From NCBI RefSeq assembly GCF_000017945.1, contig NC_009776.1:570001-602000 (forward strand): a stretch of DNA of 32,000 nucleotides, read 5' to 3'. The stretch comes from Ignicoccus hospitalis KIN4/I (GTDB lineage Archaea > Thermoproteota > Thermoprotei_A > Sulfolobales > Ignicoccaceae). Position 1 is the first letter of the stretch; the number at the start of each line of letters is the position of its first letter. Positions 24,989 to 30,797 of the stretch are shown here, piece by piece. Below the pieces are notes generated by a model. The model saw nothing but the letters and a program-made list of their open reading frames with translations, was not told where the DNA came from and searched no databases. The position numbers were made by a program, and so were the translations under genes.

Positions 24989-25543
24989 GTGAAGCCCTAC
25001 GAGGCCGAGGCGAGGTTCTTCGTCCACGAAGGCTTCAAAGAAACGCTAGAGAGGATGGGTTTCAAAGTAGTGTACGAGTACAAGTTCGTGGACCACTTCT
25101 ACTGTCCTCCGGGGGGCTGGAGGGAAGAGGGCAAGACGCTTAGGGCTAGGGACTGGGGAGGTCGCTGCGAGGTCCTCTTTACTCGCGTGGAGAAGCTGAA
25201 GTTCGGCGACTTGGAGTTCAAGCGCAGCTTGTACCCCCAAGGCAAGGTCAAGCTCTACGAGGGCAGCTTGGAGGAGTGCGTCAAGCTCCTCGAGGACATG
25301 GAGTTCGTGAAATGCGGCGAGGTCCGCAAGGAGGAGGGCTACATAATGAGCAACGGTGACGTCGAAGTCGCCTTGGAAAAGATAAACGGCAAGTGGGTGC
25401 TGGAGGTAGAGGTAGAGGGCGCGGACCCCAACTCAGCTTACTTGAAAATGAAGGAAATTATGAAACTCTTGGGTCTGAAGTCGCCGACATCTAAGTCCAC
25501 CTTCGAGCTCTTCAGTAATACCAATACCACAGGCCCCTCTTGA
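24989..25543 (+). CDS. CYTH-domain protein (triphosphate tunnel metalloenzyme / class IV adenylyl cyclase-like)
   Basis: The N-terminal YEAEARFFV matches ExExK-type strand 1, with Arg replacing Lys. Later elements are LRARD, FKRSLYP and WVLEVEVEG (the terminal acidic strand). The size of about 180 aa is typical. The start is GTG. Confidence 0.7.
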   Translation: MKPYEAEARFFVHEGFKETLERMGFKVVYEYKFVDHFYCPPGGWREEGKTLRARDWGGRCEVLFTRVEKLKFGDLEFKRSLYPQGKVKLYEGSLEECVKLLEDMEFVKCGEVRKEEGYIMSNGDVEVALEKINGKWVLEVEVEGADPNSAYLKMKEIMKLLGLKSPTSKSTFELFSNTNTTGPS

Positions 25544-25937
25544 CCAGCCCTCCCGAGCACCTCCCTTCGGGCAAACAAGCTATGACCTCTCCTTTGCTAA
25601 CCAAGGGGTAAGGCGGACCGCTGAGGGCGAACACCGGGTCGTAACCCCGTGGCCCCCTGACCGCCCGCCCCCCACCACAATCGCACACGACCGCCCAAGC
25701 CCAGCCCAAGTCGAAAGCCTCGCACAAGCCTTCGGCGCGCTCGAGGCCGGAGAGCCTGTGCAAGGGTATTTGGGTGTCGTAAGGGTCCACTAGGCTGCCC
25801 TTGTACAAGTAGTAACACGCAGCCGGCTTCTTCAAGACCCTTTCGACGTCTCCCTTTCTCACCCTCAGCTTCAACAAGTATGAGGATAGCAAGTCCTTCC
25901 TCGAGTAGACCCTCCGGAGCTCCTCTTCATAGGTCAT
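25512..25937 (-). CDS. Hypothetical protein (141 aa), downstream of lysK
   Basis: The ORF overlaps the lysK stop by 11 nt on the same strand, suggesting operon coupling. It overlaps the CYTH 3-prime end convergently by 32 nt. I recognised no motif. Confidence 0.5.
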   Translation of the reverse strand: MTYEEELRRVYSRKDLLSSYLLKLRVRKGDVERVLKKPAACYYLYKGSLVDPYDTQIPLHRLSGLERAEGLCEAFDLGWAWAVVCDCGGGRAVRGPRGYDPVFALSGPPYPLVSKGEVIACLPEGRCSGGLVKRGLWYWYY

Positions 25938-26946
25938 CGGCGAGCTCCCTTCCGGCCGCCACGTAGGTCTTCACGGCCGTCTCCAACTCCTCCTTAGTTA
26001 TGACTTCCTTCTCAGTGTGCGAGAGCTCGCTGGCGCCGGGCCCGTAAGCAGCGATGCTCTCCACTGAACCACCTAGGACGTTCATGTCGCTAGTTCCCCT
26101 CTTCCTAACGAACTTCCCCTTAACCCCGTGCTGGAGCAGCGCCCTCCTCAAAGCTCTGGGCACCGGAGAGGTGGGCTTCACCTCCACCGGCCCCAACCAG
26201 TCCTTCAAGGTTACCTCGCACTCCGAGAAACTGTCCAAAATGTCCTCCAACTTTACGGAGGCGGGGAACCGCACGTCGAAGCGAGCTATGACCTCGGTGG
26301 GGAGGACGTTGAACGCGTTCCAACTCTTAATGGACGTAAGGCTCACTGTGGCCGGGCTGAGCCTCTCCTTCGCCTTCTGGTAAATTCCCCACAGCTTCTC
26401 TACCGCGTTCTCCCCGACCTCTGGTGAGGAGGCGTGGCCGCCCTTGGCTCTGCACTTCACCTCCAGCCACGCGTACCCCCTGTAGCCCACGACCACGTCG
26501 CGCGTGTTGGAGGGCTCGCCTATTATTACGTACTTCAGTTTGGGGCCGTGGTCCCTCAAGTACTTTGCCCCGCGGCTGTCGTCCTCCTCGCCGACCATCG
26601 CCCCCAGCAGAACGTCCTTGCCCTCCTCCGCCAGCTTGATCAACGCTTCACTCATGGCCGACAGAGGCCCCTTGGCGTCCACTGCCCCCCTCCCGCTTAT
26701 GGAGTTCTCCGTGATCTTGGGTTCCCAGAACCCGGGGACCGTATCTATGTGGGAGATCAGCGCCAGCGAGTACTCGGACTTCCTCTTGGGAGCCGCCAGC
26801 ACGTTGCCCGCCCCGTCCCTCCAGACCTCCAAAGTGCCGCCGCTGAGCTCCTCCAAGGCCTCTGCCAACGTCTCCGCCGCCTCGTCCTCCTCGCCGCTGG
26901 GCGAGTAGACGGATACTATTCTCTTCAACACTTCAAAGGCTATCAT
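25927..26946 (-). CDS. lysK: M20-family deacylase: [LysW]-lysine/ornithine hydrolase (LysK) / acetylornithine deacetylase-like
   Basis: Contains M20 metal-ligand blocks: SPSGEE, ISHIDTVPG, GRGAVDAKG, GEEDDSRGA, GPG...HT.EE. The size of 339 aa is typical of archaeal LysK/ArgE. Confidence 0.8.
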   Translation of the reverse strand: MIAFEVLKRIVSVYSPSGEEDEAAETLAEALEELSGGTLEVWRDGAGNVLAAPKRKSEYSLALISHIDTVPGFWEPKITENSISGRGAVDAKGPLSAMSEALIKLAEEGKDVLLGAMVGEEDDSRGAKYLRDHGPKLKYVIIGEPSNTRDVVVGYRGYAWLEVKCRAKGGHASSPEVGENAVEKLWGIYQKAKERLSPATVSLTSIKSWNAFNVLPTEVIARFDVRFPASVKLEDILDSFSECEVTLKDWLGPVEVKPTSPVPRALRRALLQHGVKGKFVRKRGTSDMNVLGGSVESIAAYGPGASELSHTEKEVITKEELETAVKTYVAAGRELADDL

Positions 26947-26990
26947 CCGTACCCCTCGCTCCGCTCACGGGAAGGCTTTTCAAAGAGGGG

Positions 26991-27746
26991 TCAAATCTCC
27001 AAGGGCCTCCAAGGGTAGAGCGACTTCCCCTTCAAACAGTCCTTCAAGGCCTTTAGAGACTCGTCGAGCCACTTGGTCTGGGAGAGTAAGGCCTTCAAAG
27101 GTACTACGGGGAATATAGGTAGGGACACTACGTCCCTAAAGGCTTCGTGTATGTAGTAAACGTCCGCCGTCCTCGCGTCCGCTAGGGCGAGGAGGTACGT
27201 GACCGCCGATTCCGGCTTGAAGCCCCCAGTAGGGTTAACACAAACGCAGCTCTTACAGTCGCCGACTTCCTTGTCCAGTATCTTTCCGTAAGCACACATG
27301 AGGTTCACCAATCCTTCGTAGAAAGTCCCGCGCTTGCCCAAATTGTTAATGACGTACGCCGCCGCCTCGGCCCCCTCCCCCTCTAAGTAAGTCTTCAAGG
27401 CTTTACAGCTCAGCTGTCCGGCGTGGGTGTCGCTACAGAGGAGAATCGCTTTGAGGCCTTGGAGGCTCCCGGCCCTCTTTACCAACGCGTTCAGTTCTGC
27501 GGAGGCTTGGACGGGGTCGTTTTTGATGAATTGTGCTACCTTATCGATGAGGTCGTCCAACGTTAGTCCGGATGCCGACAATACCTTCTTCATGTCTGAA
27601 AGCTCGAGCTCTCCGCGCTCCAACTTGAGCAAGGCGCTGGCCAAGTTCTTGTCGGTGCAAGTCCTTTGGAAGTTCCTGAGGGCGCTGGTGCCCACGCTGA
27701 GCACGTGGGCAGAGCACTCCAACGCCTCTCCCGCAGCGATCAACAC
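26991..27746 (-). CDS. Stand-alone CARF-domain protein (APE2256 / TIGR02619-like), candidate cOA sensor or ring nuclease
   Basis: Ordered CARF motifs: HVLSVGTSALRN (strand 1 plus GTS loop), SAELNAL, LLCSDTHAGQLSCKAL, NPTGGFKPESA, VYYIHEAFRDVVSLPIFP. Only about 45 residues follow the CARF core, so there is no effector domain. The start is GTG. Confidence 0.75.
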   Translation of the reverse strand: MLIAAGEALECSAHVLSVGTSALRNFQRTCTDKNLASALLKLERGELELSDMKKVLSASGLTLDDLIDKVAQFIKNDPVQASAELNALVKRAGSLQGLKAILLCSDTHAGQLSCKALKTYLEGEGAEAAAYVINNLGKRGTFYEGLVNLMCAYGKILDKEVGDCKSCVCVNPTGGFKPESAVTYLLALADARTADVYYIHEAFRDVVSLPIFPVVPLKALLSQTKWLDESLKALKDCLKGKSLYPWRPLEI

Positions 27747-27778
27747 TATTGCAGTATTAAGAGAATTGGTCGCCTTTT

Positions 27779-27795
27779 AGTTAGGAATTCTAACT
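27779..27795. promoter_or_regulatory. Inverted repeat AGTTAG-N5-CTAACT overlapping the presumed CARF-gene TATA box
   Basis: Read directly as AGTTAGgaattCTAACT. The minus-strand CTAAAAGG (27773-27780) lies about 27-34 nt upstream of the CARF GTG at 27746 and abuts the left arm. Confidence 0.3.
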
Positions 27796-27898
27796 CAAGC
27801 TCCGTCAATATGTTAAAACTTAGAATCATCCTTCCGCCCAGCTTCTCAAGACTTCGTCTAGCCGTCGTAAAAGCCCTCGGTATTACTCGAAGCGTCGA

Positions 27899-28264
27899 GT
27901 GGGGAAGGCGGCGTTGGGGCTGGAAGAGCTCGTCATGTCCATATATGACCGCATGGAAAGCAAGCTAAAGGACATAGAAGCTAAGAACTTGCAGAAGGTC
28001 GACGACCCCGAGAAGCTCAGGGCAGCGATAGCTAAGGCACTCGAAGAGGTCAAGAAGGGAAGGGAAGAGATGATGGAACTGCTCGAGAGCGGCTCGGCCG
28101 ACCTAGCGACTATAGAACAGAAGATCAACGAGACTTTAGAGAGGGCGAAGCAGTACTTGGGTAAGGACTATACCGGCCTGAGGACGGCGAAGGCCACTTT
28201 CTCCCGCTGCGTCAACATGTACAAGAAGAAGGTCTGGCCCGAAATAGAGAAGGCAGTAGCTTAA
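27899..28264 (+). CDS. Small all-helical protein (121 aa; 109 aa if started at ATG 27935)
   Basis: The sequence is charged and heptad-like (MESKLKDIEAKNLQKVDDPEKLRAAIAKALEEVKKGREEMMELLESG...). GTAAAAG at 27867-27873 lies about 27 nt upstream of the GTG at 27899. I recognised no family. Confidence 0.5.
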   Translation: MGKAALGLEELVMSIYDRMESKLKDIEAKNLQKVDDPEKLRAAIAKALEEVKKGREEMMELLESGSADLATIEQKINETLERAKQYLGKDYTGLRTAKATFSRCVNMYKKKVWPEIEKAVA

Positions 28265-28332
28265 CTGCGTCGGCCGATGAGTTGTGAGCCCGACCCACGC
28301 GAGCGGTGAGCGGCTACGCCAGTGACGAGGCC

Positions 28333-28358
28333 TTTTTCCCCTCCCCTTCAAGGGGAGG
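28333..28358 (+). terminator. T5 tract followed by an 8-bp hairpin downstream of the 121-aa ORF
   Basis: TTTTT occupies 28333-28337. It is followed by CCTCCCCT-tca-AGGGGAGG at 28340-28358. Confidence 0.3.
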
Positions 28359-28472
28359 TTCATCCAAAGTCCTTCCGTGAAGCTCGCTTACTATACCTTA
28401 ACTCCTCGGAGCCTCATTCTCATGCCCCGAAGGGCCCTAGGGGCGCGGGGGGCCTAGTTCGGGCGTCCTCAG

Positions 28473-28489
28473 TAATTTCTATAGTATTT
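28473..28489 (+). promoter_or_regulatory. TATA-like element upstream of the DUF3800-like gene
   Basis: TAATTTCTATAGTATTT lies about 26-42 nt upstream of the GTG at 28515. Confidence 0.35.
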
Positions 28490-28514
28490 CAAGGAGGGTA
28501 CCGGGGCTTGAAAA

Positions 28515-29309
28515 GTGATCGTAGTCGCCGTCGACGAGAGCGGCGACACTAACGTAGCGCTGGAGAGGAAGGGGAGGAGGACTAGGTACTTCGTAACCTT
28601 GGCGGTCGTGTTGGACGAGAAGTGTTACTCTATTGTGACCAAGGAGCTTACGGAAAGGCTGAGGGAGGCGGTGGCCGAGGAGGAGCCGGCGTGCAGCAAC
28701 CTAATCCCGGAAATGTTGAAGAACGAAGAAGAGTTGAAATATTATTCAATTACTAAGAGGGTTGCCGAATGCGTGGCTCGGGAGCGCTCTGAGCTGAAGG
28801 TAGTCAACGAGAAAATAGACAACATGTTAGCAAAGTTCATAAACAAGGTAAGGCCTTGTGGGACCTTCCTCGCCGTCGCCGCCCACGTGGACAAGGCGAC
28901 TATAGCGAGGAAGCTGAAGTCTTTTGATTACGAAATAGCTTCCTCCCTAGCTAGCGTTATAAGGAAAAGCTTGAAGCCGTTGGTCCTCAAGGAGTTCGGC
29001 GCTCAAGTGTGCCGGGCGCTCGATGGGCTCGGAGAGAACGCGATAGTAATTCTGGACGAGAAGTTCGTGCCGTCCGGGAGCGCGCCCAAGGGGGAGTACC
29101 TAAAGAAGCACTTCCCGTGCGAACGGGTGATTGAAGCGTTCGAAGTGAAGTCCCATCAATCGTCAGCTCTCGCTTTGGCCGACATAATGGCTGCTGCTTA
29201 CAGGAACTGCTTGCTACACGGAAACGAGGCCCTCTGCGAGGCCTTGTCGTTCGTGGAAGGGAGGGACTTAACGGAGCACTTCTTGAGGAGAGCGCTCGGG
29301 TTGGGTTGA
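28515..29309 (+). CDS. DUF3800-like protein (putative RNase H-fold nuclease-like)
   Basis: The N-terminal MIVVAVDESGD and C-terminal HQSSALALADIMAAAY reproduce, as I recall them, the two DUF3800 hallmark motifs (DESG near the N-terminus, Q..AD..A near the C-terminus). The length of 264 aa is typical. The start is GTG. Confidence 0.6.
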   Translation: MIVVAVDESGDTNVALERKGRRTRYFVTLAVVLDEKCYSIVTKELTERLREAVAEEEPACSNLIPEMLKNEEELKYYSITKRVAECVARERSELKVVNEKIDNMLAKFINKVRPCGTFLAVAAHVDKATIARKLKSFDYEIASSLASVIRKSLKPLVLKEFGAQVCRALDGLGENAIVILDEKFVPSGSAPKGEYLKKHFPCERVIEAFEVKSHQSSALALADIMAAAYRNCLLHGNEALCEALSFVEGRDLTEHFLRRALGLG

Positions 29310-29313
29310 GGGT

Positions 29314-29359
29314 GGCAGCCGCCCGGGCGCGGGACCTTATGGCAGCTACCCGGGCGCGG
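29314..29359. repeat. Imperfect 19-nt direct repeat GGCAGC(CG/TA)CCCGGGCGCGG, period 27 nt
   Basis: The copies lie at 29314-29332 and 29341-29359 with 17/19 identity. Each contains a CCCGGG palindrome. The repeat starts immediately after the DUF3800-like stop codon. Confidence 0.6.
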
Positions 29360-29388
29360 AGCTCCCCAACAACGTAGCTCCAGAAACC

Positions 29389-29400
29389 GATATAAGTTTA
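29389..29400 (+). promoter_or_regulatory. Orphan TATA-like box (GATATAAGTTTA) with no ORF downstream
   Basis: This is the only AT-rich block in the 5-prime half of the 681-nt non-coding tract. A transcript would start near 29420. Confidence 0.3.
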
Positions 29401-29419
29401 GCGTGCACCCTCCCCCGCG

Positions 29420-29990
29420 GACGCTCCTCGTGGCGAAGCGGATCTCGAGGCCTTCCGGACGCCTCACTTCGTTCGGGTTAACTCTACCGGGCGTGGAGTT
29501 AACGGCCAGTTAACTCCCCCATGACCGGTCTTACTGGAGTAAACCATGCGATTGGCTCCTCCTTGGAGGCCCGTGTTACGCTCCCGGGGGCGGCTTCTTT
29601 CAATTCACATACTCCATAACCTCCGGGGTCCGGGAGGAACTGCTAAATCGCCAAGGCGTCGCAGCGACAGAGCTAGGTTCGTAATATTACTTCATTTGGG
29701 CTCGCCTCTAACGGGCGTCTTGGCAATATCCCTCTTCTGTCCTCTGGAGCGAGAAGTTAGTTTCGTATAACTATCTTGGACCCGCTCCCGAAAACGGGAC
29801 CCCTTTATCTAGACGAGACACCCCCAGTCCCGGGGCTCAGAGGAAGGAGGTCTTACGAACCCAACTTCGTTCTACTCAATTATTACTGGGCTCGCCGGCA
29901 CCTCACTCCCCGTGACCCTAAACCCCCGCGGGGTGACGCGAAGTGCTCCGTGGGAGGAAGGTATAGGAGATCAATAGTCGCTAGCGGGCC
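29420..29990. ncRNA. Candidate structured non-coding RNA locus (strand, ends and class unknown)
   Basis: There is no protein-like ORF in any frame; the three track ORFs here are Arg/Pro/Gly-rich. The tract is GC-rich with many stable hairpins, including 29447-29465, 29495-29517 (9-bp stem), 29620-29637 and 29786-29799. It is the only long gap in a window where other spacers are under about 250 nt. Confidence 0.25.
29475..29517. repeat. Three GTTAAC palindromes (8-mers GTTAACTC / GAGTTAAC / GTTAACTC) spaced 21 and 11 bp
   Basis: GTTAAC occurs at 29477-29482, 29498-29503 and 29509-29514. The middle copy can pair with either flanking copy; pairing with the third gives a 9-bp stem with a 5-nt loop. 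Confidence 0.6.
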
Positions 29991-30797
29991 TCAGATGAGC
30001 CCGCCGCGGGGCGGGCGAACGGTTAGCTCGGTCACGTCGGTGCTGACCACTATCTTGAGGTCCTCTAAGGGGACGTTCAACGACGGGCACCAGAGCAAGA
30101 GAGTATAAGTGCCCTTATAGAGCCTTACGGACTTGAAGGGGACCGCGTAGAGCCAGTCCGTACCGTTGTATAGGACCCTCTCCGGAGCGCCCAACCTCTC
30201 TTGAAACTCCAAAGTCCCCGTGGAGTTGCTCAAACGGGTTTCGCACTTAACGCTTCCCAGCGGAATGAAGGAAGGGACGAAGGTTCCTACCGTAGCCCAG
30301 GGCGGGGCGCCCTCGGGCGAGTACCACCCGTTGTCCACCTCCAAGACGCTTATCGCCTTGACCGGTTTGTCACAGCCCACCTTGAAGTACAAGGCCCCGG
30401 GGCAGAGGGCGTCGTAGTCGTCTGCTTGGCCTTCGAGCTGGCCGTAGTAGCCCGCGGGGACTAAGGCCTCGCAGCCGTACTGGTCCGCGACCGGAGAGCT
30501 CGAGGAGAGCACGAAGTGGTCGAAGCTACAGACCAACTCCTCGCCGTAGTAAACCCTTACGCCGGTCAGCGTTACGGGGTTCTTAACTCGGAGGACCAGC
30601 GCCAAAACTTTCCCGTTGGTCGAATCGTAGGCTGGCATTAGGTCGTAAACTCCCGCGGGCGTCGGCAGCTGGGTCGGCAAGGCTAAGCTCGCGACCCTCC
30701 CTACGGTGGTATTAACCACTCCCACCACTACCGCTATCAGAGCCACCGATATCGCTATGAGTAACAGCTCGGCCACTATTGAGCTCTGTGCCTTCAC
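29991..30797 (-). CDS. Secreted protein with class III (archaeal type IV pilin-like) signal peptide
   Basis: From the GTG at 30797 the product starts MKAQSSIVAELLLIAISVALIAVVVGVV. This is a short basic leader, a small residue, then a hydrophobic helix of about 22 aa, consistent with prepilin-peptidase (PibD/FlaK) substrates. A Cys-containing beta-rich domain of about 240 aa follows. The ORF-track start at 30830 adds an acidic 11-aa extension. Confidence 0.65.
   Translation of the reverse strand: MKAQSSIVAELLLIAISVALIAVVVGVVNTTVGRVASLALPTQLPTPAGVYDLMPAYDSTNGKVLALVLRVKNPVTLTGVRVYYGEELVCSFDHFVLSSSSPVADQYGCEALVPAGYYGQLEGQADDYDALCPGALYFKVGCDKPVKAISVLEVDNGWYSPEGAPPWATVGTFVPSFIPLGSVKCETRLSNSTGTLEFQERLGAPERVLYNGTDWLYAVPFKSVRLYKGTYTLLLWCPSLNVPLEDLKIVVSTDVTELTVRPPRGGLI

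Noticed and set aside
26054-27018. Plus-strand ORFs (109, 99, 71, 194, 134 aa) opposite lysK
   Set aside because: They are antisense shadow ORFs with Arg/Pro/Leu-rich composition, whereas lysK has all the M20 metal-ligand blocks.
27666-27968. The 100-aa plus-strand ORF (including an internal ATG at 27810 giving MLKLRIILPPSFSRLRL...)
   Set aside because: It begins inside the CARF gene on the opposite strand, crosses the divergent promoter region and overlaps the better-supported helical ORF. Its Arg/Trp-rich end is not protein-like.
29370-29545. Replication origin (ORB-like CTCCAG...AAAC strings at about 29378 and about 29533)
   Set aside because: The matches to the crenarchaeal ORB consensus are partial. 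There is no AT-rich unwinding element and no orc1/cdc6 or whiP gene nearby.
29620-29660. Possible SRP RNA helix 8 (GGUCC-GGGA-GGAAC resembles the GGUCC-GGAA-GGAAGCAGC core)
   Set aside because: The GNRA-capped stem is present, but the universally conserved AGCA of the symmetric loop is replaced by ACUG. I also could not build the matching 3-prime strand or an Alu-domain UGUAAC element in the right place. Only an Infernal search can settle it.
29400-29990. RNase P RNA
   Set aside because: Neither strand contains the conserved P4 strands (GAGGAAAGUCC... and ACAGAA...GGCUUA). GUUAACUCCACGCCCGG on the minus strand only loosely resembles the GGUAAACCCCACC element.
29198-30108. ORFs 29198-29467 (minus), 29546-29770 (plus) and 29776-30108 (plus) in the long gap
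   Set aside because: The translations are dominated by Arg, Pro and Gly with no hydrophobic core pattern. I treat the region as non-coding.
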